This document shows, piece by piece, positions 1 to 10,984 of a stretch of DNA of 64,000 bases. The stretch is from an uncultured cyanobacterium (GTDB taxonomy: Bacteria > Cyanobacteriota > Cyanobacteriia > Cyanobacteriales > Cyanobacteriaceae), in contig CAVQBA010000001.1 in assembly GCA_963710605.1 (NCBI GenBank), positions 288,001 through 352,000 of the forward strand, in the 5' to 3' direction. The translations under genes and the position numbers were made by a program. Under the pieces are notes generated by a model. It was not told the origin of the DNA. It was given only the letters and a program-made list of their open reading frames with translations, and did not search any database. Position 1 is the first letter of the stretch, and each line of letters opens with the position of its first letter.

Positions 1-1398
1 TCTAAAAATCAAATTTTAGAATCTTATCTAAACAATATTTATTGGGGACATAACAACTACGGTGCAGAAACTGCCGCCCAAAGTTATTTCTACAAATCAG
101 CGAAAGACTTAACCCTACCAGAAGCGGCAATGATGGCGGGTATTATTCAAGCACCAGAAGCTTTTAGCCCCTTTACTGACTATTCGATCGCTAAAAGAAG
201 ACAAGCTTTAGTTTTAGACAGAATGGCAACAATTGGTTGGATTACACCCGAAGAAGCCGAAGAAGCAAAAAATGCTAAATTATTAGTTGGTAAACCCACT
301 GCTTGGAAAAAAAGTCAACTTCCTTACGTTACAGATTCAGTTAAAGTTGAATTGATTAAACGTTTTGGTTCAGAAACAGTCCTAAAAGGCGGAATCAACG
401 TCCAAACAACGATCGATTATCAAATGCAAAAAGATGCCGAAGAAATGGTCAGAAATGCCCATTACCGCTTACGTCGTCGTGGGGTAAGAGCCGATCAAGT
501 CGCCTTAGTAGCGATCGATCCTCGAACACATTTTGTTAAAACAATTGTCGGGGGAATTAACTACGAAAAAAGTCAATTCAACCGTGTAATGCAATCACGT
601 CGTCAACCCGGTTCAGCTTTTAAACCTTTTGTTTATTACACCGCTTTTGCCAGTGGTAAATACACCCCTTATAGTTCAATTCCTAACGTCTCTAGAGGAT
701 ATAGAGAAGGCAATGGTTATTATCGCCCTGAAAACTACGGCGGTAGCTTTGGTGGTGGAAATGTTTCTATTGTTCAAGCTTTGAGTACTTCTTTAAATAT
801 TCCTGCGGTTGTATTAGGGCAAAGAGTCGGTTTAGATAAAGTAATTGAAACCACGAGTGTTTTAGGAATTAAAAGCCCTTTAAGCCCCGTTGTTTCCTTA
901 CCATTAGGACCTATCGGTGTCACCCCGATGGAAATGGCAACCGCTTATGCTACTTTTGCTAGTAATGGTTGGCAATCACCGACAACAATGATTGTTCAAG
1001 CAACTGATAGTATGGGGAATGTGATTTTAGATAATACTCCTAAACCCAAACTAGTCTTAAATGAATGGGCAACCGCATCTTTAAATAGCAGTTTAAGAAG
1101 AGTACTCGCTCCTGGTGGTACTGCTCCTAATGCTAGTATTGGTCGTCCTGCCGCAGGTAAAACAGGTACTACCTCCAATGAAAAAGATGTTTGGTTTGTG
1201 GGTTATGTACCACAACTTTCGGTTGCTGTTTGGATTGGTAACGATGATTTTCGTCGTACTTTAGGTAGAGGTGTCACAGGTGGTGGATTTGCCGCCCCAA
1301 TTTGGAAACAGTTTATGTATAAAGCTTTGAAAGATGAACCGATTCAACACTTTCCTTCTGCTTCTAGTTTTACTCGCCCTAAACCTGTGAAAAAATAG
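1..1398 (+). CDS. Penicillin-binding protein 1A family (transglycosylase/transpeptidase), 5' end outside window
   Basis: Frame open from base 1 (YLNNIYWG transglycosylase motif); RQPGSAFKPF (SxxK), SLN and KTGT transpeptidase motifs. Confidence 0.93.
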   Translation, partial: SKNQILESYLNNIYWGHNNYGAETAAQSYFYKSAKDLTLPEAAMMAGIIQAPEAFSPFTDYSIAKRRQALVLDRMATIGWITPEEAEEAKNAKLLVGKPTAWKKSQLPYVTDSVKVELIKRFGSETVLKGGINVQTTIDYQMQKDAEEMVRNAHYRLRRRGVRADQVALVAIDPRTHFVKTIVGGINYEKSQFNRVMQSRRQPGSAFKPFVYYTAFASGKYTPYSSIPNVSRGYREGNGYYRPENYGGSFGGGNVSIVQALSTSLNIPAVVLGQRVGLDKVIETTSVLGIKSPLSPVVSLPLGPIGVTPMEMATAYATFASNGWQSPTTMIVQATDSMGNVILDNTPKPKLVLNEWATASLNSSLRRVLAPGGTAPNASIGRPAAGKTGTTSNEKDVWFVGYVPQLSVAVWIGNDDFRRTLGRGVTGGGFAAPIWKQFMYKALKDEPIQHFPSASSFTRPKPVKK

Positions 1399-1410
1399 AG
1401 TTGAAAAATT

Positions 1411-1806
1411 TTGAGCCAAACTAATTTAGATTTAGCCATTAAACAATTTAATCAAAGGGAATTTTATGCGTGCCATGATACTTTAGAAGAAATTTGGCTT
1501 GAATCGATCGAGCCTGACAAAACTTTTTATCAAGGTATCTTACAAGTTGCGGTGGGTTGTTATCATTTTGGTAATGGTAATTGGCGTGGGGCAGTAATTC
1601 TTTTAGGAGAAGGGATGCGTAAATTAATCTCTTATGAGCCTGATTATCTAGAGGTTGATGTAACTCAATTGACCGATCAAAGTAATGATTTACTGATTGC
1701 TTTACAAAAAATTGAACCTGAAACTGTTACTCAATTTTATCAGCAATTACTCGATCGACAATTAGAGAATAATCTTGATTTTCCTGTAATTCAAACCATT
1801 TCTTGA
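1411..1806 (+). CDS. DUF309 family protein
   Basis: FYACHDTLEEIW and YQGILQVAV motifs. Confidence 0.85.
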   Translation: MSQTNLDLAIKQFNQREFYACHDTLEEIWLESIEPDKTFYQGILQVAVGCYHFGNGNWRGAVILLGEGMRKLISYEPDYLEVDVTQLTDQSNDLLIALQKIEPETVTQFYQQLLDRQLENNLDFPVIQTIS

Positions 1807-1880
1807 TTTTTATCTTTTCTAACTAAATATCTTGCAAAATTAGTCAAAAATCGTTAGACTAGTTATGAATGTCAAAAAAT

Positions 1881-1954
1881 GGGTGCGTAGCTCAGATGGA
1901 TAGAGCAACTGCCTTCTAAGCAGTCGGTCACAGGTTCGAATCCTGTCGCACCCG
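1881..1954 (+). tRNA. trnR: tRNA-Arg (anticodon TCT)
   Basis: GGGTGCG/CGCACCC acceptor stem; ACTGC-CTTCTAA-GCAGT anticodon arm; GGTTCGAATCC T-loop; CCA not encoded. Confidence 0.97.
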
Positions 1955-2019
1955 TATTACTCTACTAAAAAATATTCAAATTAGAGACAAGGTATGCCTT
2001 GTATCTACTGATTTTTTGT

Positions 2020-3435
2020 TTATTTGTTTAATCTTGCCGACATTAATGGTAATATTGCCTCGATACCTTCTGTTAAGGCACTTCCTACAATTTCACATCG
2101 ATCGTGGTAAATATCTTCAGTTATAGTAGAAACATCCTCAAACTCTGATAATTGAACTAAAAGTCGATCGATTTCGACGGTAAAAATATTACGTTGATAA
2201 AAATCTGTCATAATCATTTGATCAACATCCGCATAAATAGAAGCAAATTGCACCACTTGAGTTAGTCTAGTTAAAATTCCGCCACCATAACCATAAACAT
2301 CATTTTCAAATTCGGGAATATTTTCTATTGGTGGTAACTTATCCTTGTTTTGTTTCAATACAGCTAAAAAAGCCTGATAAAATATATCTGCCTCCTCAGG
2401 TGTAGTTGTCCAATATCCATCCTCATCATCTGTATTTCGTACATCCAATACTGAGACTAAAGGGCGTAAACTATTTTCTTGTTGAGCTATTTCTAGCCAG
2501 TTTTGATTATCATCAGCTTGAGTTAGGTATTTATTTAAAAATCCATGCCCAAAACCTGCATAGCTATGAGGTTCGATTATAATCGGTTGAGTTGCACTTA
2601 ACCGAGACAAAGCACCTCTAACCGCACCTGTAACTTTAAGACTAAAACAATGATTTTCTAAAATTTTATTTCTAATTTCCCAAGGCGGTAATTGATTATT
2701 TTGATAAATGAAGTCGCCTCGATAAGTTTGAGTATTTAACCAACAATCTACTTGTTTGTTTTGTAAATATTCGATCGTTGTTTCTTCGGTTGTCGGCAGA
2801 GGGCGATTACCATTACAGATAATTAGATTCCATAAAAATGCTGTACCCATCACAGGCGTATATTTTGGTGTCTTTGTTCGCCATAAATAAGCGATTAATT
2901 CTTTTACTCCCACATCCGATTGTCTTATTGCTGTATAAGGATGTGCTTGATAAATCGGTTTGTCTGTGACTATTTTGGGGTTAATAAGCTCTTTAACTAC
3001 ATCAGGAATACTTGTACCTGCATGAACCGCATCGATCGCAATTAAGGGGCTTTTTAGTGAGGGTAAAATAAGTTGTTGAGCTATTTGCTTTGGTTTAACA
3101 AAAGACAGACAAACACCTTCATTGTCATAAATATAAAGACTGTCTTGAATAAGAGTAAGATTGACTTTGCCTTCTTTTTCTAAATATGGTTTAGTGATAA
3201 GTGCGATCGCATCTTGGATTTGCCATGAATCGATCGTTTTTTCTTGAGCAGAATTAGTAATTTTTGTAGTTGGTTGAATACGATCGATATTACTCAAAAT
3301 AAATTCAGTAACTTGATCTATTTTCGTCAAACAATAAACTTTTTCACTTAATTTCCCTCCTGATAAAAGAGTAATTAATTCTTGAGTTGCAGGGGGAATT
3401 ACTGGTTTTTTTTGAATCAAAGAATCAATTAACAT
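2020..3435 (-). CDS. N-formylglutamate amidohydrolase-like Zn hydrolase with ~125-aa unknown N-terminal domain
   Basis: Ordered motifs PLIAIDAVHAGTSIP, SDVG, NGNRP, TYRGDFIY, EPHS, NDVYGYGGGILT, VEIDR resemble the FGase PHAG/D/DxNR/DxHS/NxxYxGG/ExxR series. Confidence 0.65.
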   Translation of the reverse strand: MLIDSLIQKKPVIPPATQELITLLSGGKLSEKVYCLTKIDQVTEFILSNIDRIQPTTKITNSAQEKTIDSWQIQDAIALITKPYLEKEGKVNLTLIQDSLYIYDNEGVCLSFVKPKQIAQQLILPSLKSPLIAIDAVHAGTSIPDVVKELINPKIVTDKPIYQAHPYTAIRQSDVGVKELIAYLWRTKTPKYTPVMGTAFLWNLIICNGNRPLPTTEETTIEYLQNKQVDCWLNTQTYRGDFIYQNNQLPPWEIRNKILENHCFSLKVTGAVRGALSRLSATQPIIIEPHSYAGFGHGFLNKYLTQADDNQNWLEIAQQENSLRPLVSVLDVRNTDDEDGYWTTTPEEADIFYQAFLAVLKQNKDKLPPIENIPEFENDVYGYGGGILTRLTQVVQFASIYADVDQMIMTDFYQRNIFTVEIDRLLVQLSEFEDVSTITEDIYHDRCEIVGSALTEGIEAILPLMSARLNK

Positions 3436-3639
3436 TCTGATGGGATTGATAAACTAAATCGTCTTAATGTAAATTATTAAATCATAATCAAAGGCAAAAA
3501 GCAGATAAAAAAGTATCGAATACGGTTATGGCTATAAAAGAAGAAAAAAAATAGCTACTATTATCTAACAAATTCGATCGCTATTTTTTTTTAATGACTC
3601 AAATCTAACTATCTCGTTATATCCCTCTAAATCTCTCTC

Positions 3640-3794
3640 TCTATACTTTTAAGCATTTTTTGCTTGCTGATGGTAACGTTTTTCTCTATAATATTTCTAT
3701 CGGTCGCAAATGCGTGAAGGAATTATTTCTCTATCTAGCTTTGACGATCGATCGGTAGCTCTACCTCTATGGTGGAAATCACTTAAATTGAAAC
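3640..3794 (+). CRISPR. Orphan CRISPR leader plus one variant repeat (3759-3794)
   Basis: CTCTACCTCTATGGTGGAAATCACTTAAATTGAAAC is 29/36 identical to the array repeat; upstream AATATTTCTATCG...AATTATT...CTTTGACGATCGA aligns with the main leader. Confidence 0.85.
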
Positions 3795-3879
3795 GCTCGA
3801 CTCGTTTGACGAAGCCTTCTGTGCGAAGTTTGCTCAATATTATTTTCCGTTCGATCGTCCAAGTGCGATCTAGATAAAT

Positions 3880-4371
3880 ATGAAAACAGATCTTAATAGT
3901 TTGAATCGTCAACCTTTAATAATTGCAGGTATATTACTCGGCTTAGGACAAGCTGGCTTTTTTGATGGAATTGTTTTTCATCAACTACTGCAATGGCATC
4001 ATATGTTTACTAACGTTGAAACTAGTAACACTGTTTTAGGCTTAGAATTAAATACTTTAGGTGATGGTTTATTCCATTTAGTGGACTGGCTATTTACTTT
4101 GTCTGGCTTGATAGTATTGTGGTTAGCTATTAAAAGAAATGACGTAAATCTTTCTACTGCTGTTTTGATTGGTGCTTTTTGTATTGGTGCAGGAATGTTT
4201 AACATCACCGAAGGTATATTGAGTCATCATATTCTTCAAATTCATCATGTCAAACCAGGAGAGCATCAGCTTGCATGGGATTTAAGCTTTATTGGAGCGG
4301 GGATATTATCGGTGATTATTGGCGGGATAATTCTCAACCGCCCGACTAATCTTAATCTGCCAAACAAGTAA
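3880..4371 (+). CDS. DUF2243 family membrane protein
   Basis: GFFDGIVFHQLLQWHHM, DGLFH and HHILQIHHV motifs; about 4 TM segments. Confidence 0.85.
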   Translation: MKTDLNSLNRQPLIIAGILLGLGQAGFFDGIVFHQLLQWHHMFTNVETSNTVLGLELNTLGDGLFHLVDWLFTLSGLIVLWLAIKRNDVNLSTAVLIGAFCIGAGMFNITEGILSHHILQIHHVKPGEHQLAWDLSFIGAGILSVIIGGIILNRPTNLNLPNK

Positions 4372-4384
4372 CATAAATAGATAT

Positions 4385-4905
4385 TCAAGCCCAATAAATA
4401 GTTGTTACGATCTGCTTTGGTTTGACAAAAGACAAACAAACACCTTCTGTATCGTAAATATATAGTTATTTCAATAAAGAGGTGAGACACTAGTATTTAT
4501 AGCAGCCTTGCAATGAATTGACAAGGCTTAACAGAGTCCGTTTAATAAATTAAACTAAGATTTTTTAGAGTCAAAATTGTCTCATTGTTATTTTAAATGA
4601 CTATATATCGTGTCTTCGATCGGACTAAGATTTAGCTTACCTTCTTTTTCTAAATATGGTCTAGTCATAAGTGCGATCGCATCTTGGATTTGCCACGAAT
4701 CGATCGTTTTTTCTTGAGCAGAATTAGGAATTGTTGTTGTTGGTTGAATACGATCGATATTACTTAAAATAAATTCAGCTACTTGATCTATTTTCGTCAA
4801 ACAATAAACTTTTTCACTTAATTTTCCTCCTGATAAAAGAGTAATTAATTCTTGAGTTGCCGGGGGAATTACTGGTTTTTTTGGAATCAAAGAATCAATT
4901 AACAT
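4385..4905 (-). pseudogene. Truncated, MITE-interrupted paralog of the 2020-3435 gene (N-terminal domain only)
   Basis: 12 differences in the first 101 aa versus the 471-aa ORF; removing 4461-4605 except one TA restores DTIYIYDTEGVCLSFVKPKQI. Confidence 0.88.
4461..4605. mobile_element. MITE with imperfect ~28-bp TIRs and TA target duplication
   Basis: TATAGTTATTTCAATAAAGAGGTGAGACA ... TGTCTCATTGTTATTTTAAATGACTATA; internal GTTTAATAAATTAAAC; relative at 46144-46304. Confidence 0.85.
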
Positions 4906-6199
4906 TCTGGTGGGATTGAGGTGAATCGATCAATTATCTCTCTATTTAAAACAGCAAAACTATTTTCTTTCCTAAAAACTTCTTGATTTTCATTAAATAA
5001 ATACTCAATAATATTTTGAATATTTTTAACTAAATTATTAGCATCTTCTTCAGTTAAATCTGATTTTGATACACCTTCAAATTGATGAACTAATCCATTT
5101 CTTAACTGACAATATTCGTCCAAACTTTCTAAATCTTTAAGTACAGATTGTGGACAAGAAAAAGAATTATACCTAATTATTACTAACATTACAGGGCGAG
5201 TAAAATAATCTAGATTGAGATTTTGCTGTTTTACTGTTTGTCTTAATTTACCATCATCATAACCTTGACAAATATCGATGACTTGTGTTTTTAGTCGATT
5301 ATTCCAAGATTGGGTAAGTAAATTAGGAGCAACAAATTTTCTGACTAAATATTTTAAAACAAACTCTTGAAAACCAAAAATTAAAATAATAAATTGTGAA
5401 TATTCTTTAGTTTTTAGTCTTACTAAAATATGATAATAAAGTTCAACTAAAATAGATGTTTGATTTTTTTTTGCTAATTGATTAATTTCTTGTGTTAATC
5501 TTTCTCAAATGATTGCGAATTTTCAATTTGAGCTTGAGCATCTTCAAAATTGGAAGCTAAACGTGAACTTCCATACTCTAATAAAGAACTAATTTGATTG
5601 TCAGTTAAAGAACTAAGTCGTAAGGTTTCGATCGCACCATTGTAGTTATAATTATTGATCTGAGTTTGAATTATATTAAGATCAAATTCTCGTTTAAGGG
5701 TATCAACATTAGCTTGAAAAACCCGATTTTGCCCTTCCTTCATCGCCTTAGGATTCCTGACTTGCCAAATATTACTTTTAGGAAAATAACCCGCCGCTTG
5801 TAAAACGGCAAATGCACTTTTCATAGCTGGTGTTCCTGAAGAACTATTAAACTCTAAAATATCGTTATTATTTTGAATAGTAGGAAGATTTGTATTAATC
5901 TTTTTGATTTCTTCTATTACTAAAGATAAATTGATCGGATCTTCTGATAATCTATTATCAACAGGAAGTAAAAAAAATTGCTCTGAAGTAAAAGGCGAGT
6001 TTTCTAATAATTCTATTAACCATTCTTTAGTCTCTTTTGCTCCTTTTTCAGTATCTATAGTGTGGAGTAAAATTATTTTTTTGATCCTTTTTTTCTGACT
6101 TAATAAATGTCTAATTAAAGTAACGATCGAACCTTCTTCATTGGTATTATGAGAAACAGGATCTTGATTTCCGACAAAGGATAAAATAATACTAGGCAT
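4899..6199 (-). CDS. CARF-HEPN (Csm6/Csx1-like) ancillary ribonuclease, split by a frameshift near 5500
   Basis: SFVGNQDP and SSGTPAM CARF motifs; an alternate frame from ~5500 reads open (LTQEINQLAKK...) into ORF 4899-5189 carrying HEPN RNGLVH. Confidence 0.85.
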
Positions 6200-6273
6200 A
6201 GTTAGTTAATAGTAGTAGTAGTAGGTTGGATTGAAAAATGAAACCCAACTTTAGAGTTAATAATTGTTAATTC

Positions 6274-8112
6274 TCAATTGTTTGGATTGTTTATCGCTTC
6301 CACTCCAAATAAATGTCTTTTACCCCTTATTCTGGCTAAATCTTGCACAAATCTTGCTCTCATGTGATTAGGATGATTGACCGCAACGCCCCCCATAAAA
6401 ACACAGACTATTTCTTGACATTCAGAATCGTTGATGGTGGGATGAGGAGTATTAACTCTTTTGATACTTACCCACGAGCAATGAGCTTCCCCACTTCCTG
6501 CAAGTCCACCAACGTCTTGTTTTCGCTTATAAGCAGGTTTATAAATCAAATTCATCCCTTCTCCACGGGTATCAACTACGTTATCAAAATCACCCCATGT
6601 GTTATCTTCCATATCGATCGGTTCAACATCTGGATAGGGTACAGCATAAATACTACAAGTTTGAGGGGAAAACACTTCTGCATTTAAACGATTATTGGCT
6701 TGAATATTGACTCTATCTGACCAAATTGTTCTAACTGCATTTAACCAATTGTTGTAGGTTGTTTGCCAGATTTCGGCTTTGTTAGCCGACAAACTAAATT
6801 GTCTTAAATTTATTTTGCCTTGCCTGTCTCTATCCTTTGGTTCTAAGATTAGATGACATCCTCTTGATGCTTCTCGACTACTAGAACGAGTTTCCATCAT
6901 AAAGATATGTAAAGGTCGTCGCCATCCTCTACCGACACCACCGACAGTTACCGCAAATTTGATAATTGGTAAAATAATTTTGTTAAGAATATCATGGGGT
7001 TGTTTGGGGGCAGTAATTTTTAATTGTCCTTGCCATTGATAAAAAGAAGGAGCATGCTCAGATTCTTCACCCCATGTATCACCTTGAGTCATTTCAATCC
7101 TGACACAACCTTTTTGGGCTTGATTTTTGTCACCTGCATCGATACTACCCATTAATTCCCCTAGGGTTTTTTCGGCATTTTCTTGAGTCATTACTCCTAA
7201 CAAAAACCGTAGTACCCACGATCGTAACCAGCCTCGCCAATGAGCAGGGCGTAAGACTATATTATTGGTAGTTACACCGCCACAACCTTGACTATAAAGA
7301 GTGAAATCAAAAACTTCTAATGCGTTATTAGGCTCTTGAGTAATAGTAATTCGACGATCGACCTCAATTGCTCCATAACCTGAAGCTGTACGACTACCAA
7401 CACCGTATAAAGCAAGTGCTTGTTGTAACCATGACCAAACTGTATCTAATTCCTCACTAGTTACTTTACCTGCCATACCTTTAATAGCGACTTTGAAGGG
7501 AATTTTATCTTGTCCATTTCCTAATGTATATGAAGATAAAGGAGTACTTTGTCCATCATGATAAACCTGAAATCCTTGTTGAGGATTGACGATATCTAAG
7601 GTTACTTTTTGGTGAGTGGTAGGATAAGCATCCAAAAATTGAATTTTCCCCGCACTGATTTTGTCATTTTCTTGCTTACCTAATAACTTTTCCATTTGGG
7701 TTTTAATCTCAGGACGTTTGTTTGCCCATGTCCTGACTAAGCCACGGATACTAGAAGCAGGGATATAACCATTGAGAGGTAAAGTTTTAAACCAGTCATT
7801 ATTTTCGCCCACATTTCTTTTGGCTTCAGGGCGAGATATTTTCTCTGGGCATGAGGAATTTTCTTTTTGTGTATTTGTTCTCTTCCATGCTTGCTGTACA
7901 CTTTGTTTCGTTTCTGTCTTTTTTGGCTTCCATGCCCCGTCTGGCTCTGAGGCTGGGATCATCGTTTCTATATCTGGATGAGGATATGAGCCTACTTTTG
8001 CCCTCCATTGAAGGGTAAATTCGCCTTGCTTAAATAAGTTGTCTTGATTACGTTCTTTTTGTTGTTGAGCTAAAAGTTCAATCAGTTTGATGGCTGTATT
8101 TGGTCTGGGCAT
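6274..8112 (-). CDS. Cmr6-Cmr1 fusion RAMP protein (type III-B variant)
   Basis: Two RAMP units: YIPASSIRGLVR...GVGSRTASGYG and LRPAHWRGWLRSW...GGVGRGWRR. Confidence 0.85.
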   Translation of the reverse strand: MPRPNTAIKLIELLAQQQKERNQDNLFKQGEFTLQWRAKVGSYPHPDIETMIPASEPDGAWKPKKTETKQSVQQAWKRTNTQKENSSCPEKISRPEAKRNVGENNDWFKTLPLNGYIPASSIRGLVRTWANKRPEIKTQMEKLLGKQENDKISAGKIQFLDAYPTTHQKVTLDIVNPQQGFQVYHDGQSTPLSSYTLGNGQDKIPFKVAIKGMAGKVTSEELDTVWSWLQQALALYGVGSRTASGYGAIEVDRRITITQEPNNALEVFDFTLYSQGCGGVTTNNIVLRPAHWRGWLRSWVLRFLLGVMTQENAEKTLGELMGSIDAGDKNQAQKGCVRIEMTQGDTWGEESEHAPSFYQWQGQLKITAPKQPHDILNKIILPIIKFAVTVGGVGRGWRRPLHIFMMETRSSSREASRGCHLILEPKDRDRQGKINLRQFSLSANKAEIWQTTYNNWLNAVRTIWSDRVNIQANNRLNAEVFSPQTCSIYAVPYPDVEPIDMEDNTWGDFDNVVDTRGEGMNLIYKPAYKRKQDVGGLAGSGEAHCSWVSIKRVNTPHPTINDSECQEIVCVFMGGVAVNHPNHMRARFVQDLARIRGKRHLFGVEAINNPNN

Positions 8113-8164
8113 GGTGGTTTGTCGTTAGGAGAATAATCGAAATAGTTTTAGTTAATCTAAATTA

Positions 8165-8704
8165 TTAATCTGATTGTTTGTACGCTCTACCCCAAAAGTT
8201 CCAGTAAGAAGATATTGCTAAGGCTTTTCGCCACATTCTCATATATTCGGTGGAATTGTTTTGTGCCATTTGTTGAACTTTTTTCATTAACTCATCAGCT
8301 TTGATGTCTTTGTTGTTATCGATTAGTTGTCCTAAAAGCGATCGCCATACAGGTATTGTTCTTTGTCGGACATCTCCTCCTTGATCATTAGTTTGATTGA
8401 TATAACCCACCGCAGAAAGTAAACCAAATACCCTTAAATGCGTGGATAATCTTAAAATAGCAGTTAATTCTTTTTCTTCCATCAGAGGATTATCGCCTAA
8501 ATAATTTTGAATATGTTCGTAAGCAGTTAAACTCATTTGTTCAGGTTGCACCATGTTGGTTTTAATTGATGATGGAGGTGATACGGTTGCGTTGGTGGAT
8601 GACTTATTTGGTGCTTTTGGTTGGTTTTTTTGATTTGATGAACTTGAATTGTTTTGTTTTTGTTTTTGTTTTTGTTTTTGTGGATGTCTATTGTTTTTAG
8701 CCAT
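8165..8704 (-). CDS. cmr5: Cmr5/Cas11-like small subunit with low-complexity N-terminus
   Basis: Small helical protein between cmr4 and cmr6; LSTHLRVFGLLSAVGY; start at MAKNN (8704) preferred over 8761. Confidence 0.7.
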   Translation of the reverse strand: MAKNNRHPQKQKQKQKQNNSSSSNQKNQPKAPNKSSTNATVSPPSSIKTNMVQPEQMSLTAYEHIQNYLGDNPLMEEKELTAILRLSTHLRVFGLLSAVGYINQTNDQGGDVRQRTIPVWRSLLGQLIDNNKDIKADELMKKVQQMAQNNSTEYMRMWRKALAISSYWNFWGRAYKQSD

Positions 8705-8808
8705 TATCTTGTCTTTATTTGAGCTAATGAATACTTTTAAATTTTTAGTAGGGCGATGCACACCCCACCACCATGATTCAAACTATAATCTCTTGAACGA
8801 GTTGTTGA

Positions 8809-9708
8809 TCAAGTAGATTGAGCTGTTGCTTGTGAAACGGATGAACTAGCTAAAGGAGACTTGTTATCCGCAACCCAACTTTGTACCCAACCTCGCCCAA
8901 CACTGGCTTGCCCACCAACTTGAATCAATCCTTCTACTACTTCGATCAATTGATTATGGTCATCCTCAGTGATAGGATTACTTTGATTGAGACTATACCC
9001 CCACGGATAATAAAAAATAGTGTCTCTAGGTATGCAGACATCCGTCCAAAAAACCTCCGCACTTCCTGCTTCCTCTCCTATGTCTTGAATTTTGTTTCTG
9101 ATTTGTGTCCACAAGGAATGCTCCATCAAAATTTGAAAATCAGCATCGGGTAAAACCAAATGACTTTGCTCCCAAGCACTTTTAACTGAATCACCTAAAG
9201 AAGGACACCAATTACTTGCTAAGGAAATAACTGCTTTTTGCTGTGCTGACAAACTAGAGATAGGAGTGACATTAATTTTGGCATCGGCTACCGTATAAGT
9301 ATCACCAGTTGTCCCCACGGCACAGTTAGGCAAAGCAACAGCAGGTAAACCTGCAATCAAAGCATGATCTCGGATTAAACTATGACAACTAACCCAAGTA
9401 AAAACATCGCTATTATTACGAGACATTGTCGGCATCGGTACCCATAATAAACGACCATCTCCAAACCAAACTTGATGTACTCCCATTTGTCCATCACCGT
9501 CGAGTTTTCGCCCAAATAATCGCTCAGCTAGATCAAAATCGATCGATTCTAGTTCATTTCTAAGATTACCTCTTAAAGTAGAACCAGGGATATAAGGAAA
9601 ATTGGTATGGGCTTCTCTCGCAATTTCTAAAATATTACCCAAATCACCTTCTCCACCGCAATGTACAGGAGAAAGACTGTATAAATAACCAACACGAAAA
9701 TCTGACAT
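8809..9708 (-). CDS. cmr4: CRISPR RAMP Cmr4
   Basis: SPVHCGG, IAREAHTNFPYIPGSTLRG and QVGGQASVGRG motifs. Confidence 0.95.
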   Translation of the reverse strand: MSDFRVGYLYSLSPVHCGGEGDLGNILEIAREAHTNFPYIPGSTLRGNLRNELESIDFDLAERLFGRKLDGDGQMGVHQVWFGDGRLLWVPMPTMSRNNSDVFTWVSCHSLIRDHALIAGLPAVALPNCAVGTTGDTYTVADAKINVTPISSLSAQQKAVISLASNWCPSLGDSVKSAWEQSHLVLPDADFQILMEHSLWTQIRNKIQDIGEEAGSAEVFWTDVCIPRDTIFYYPWGYSLNQSNPITEDDHNQLIEVVEGLIQVGGQASVGRGWVQSWVADNKSPLASSSVSQATAQST

Positions 9709-9712
9709 AGTT

Positions 9713-10882
<1,170 letters not shown>

Positions 10883-10984
10883 TTAAGTGTATTTATTCCC
10901 CTCATTGATAGGAGGGGTTAGGGGAGGTTGGTTTTAAGTGTATTTATTCCCCTCATTGATAGGAGGGGTTAGGGGAGGTTGGTT
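10883..10984. repeat. Exact 51-bp tandem duplication containing a CCCCTC...GAGGGG hairpin
   Basis: TTAAGTGTATTTATTCCCCTCATTGATAGGAGGGGTTAGGGGAGGTTGGTT twice. Confidence 0.95.
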
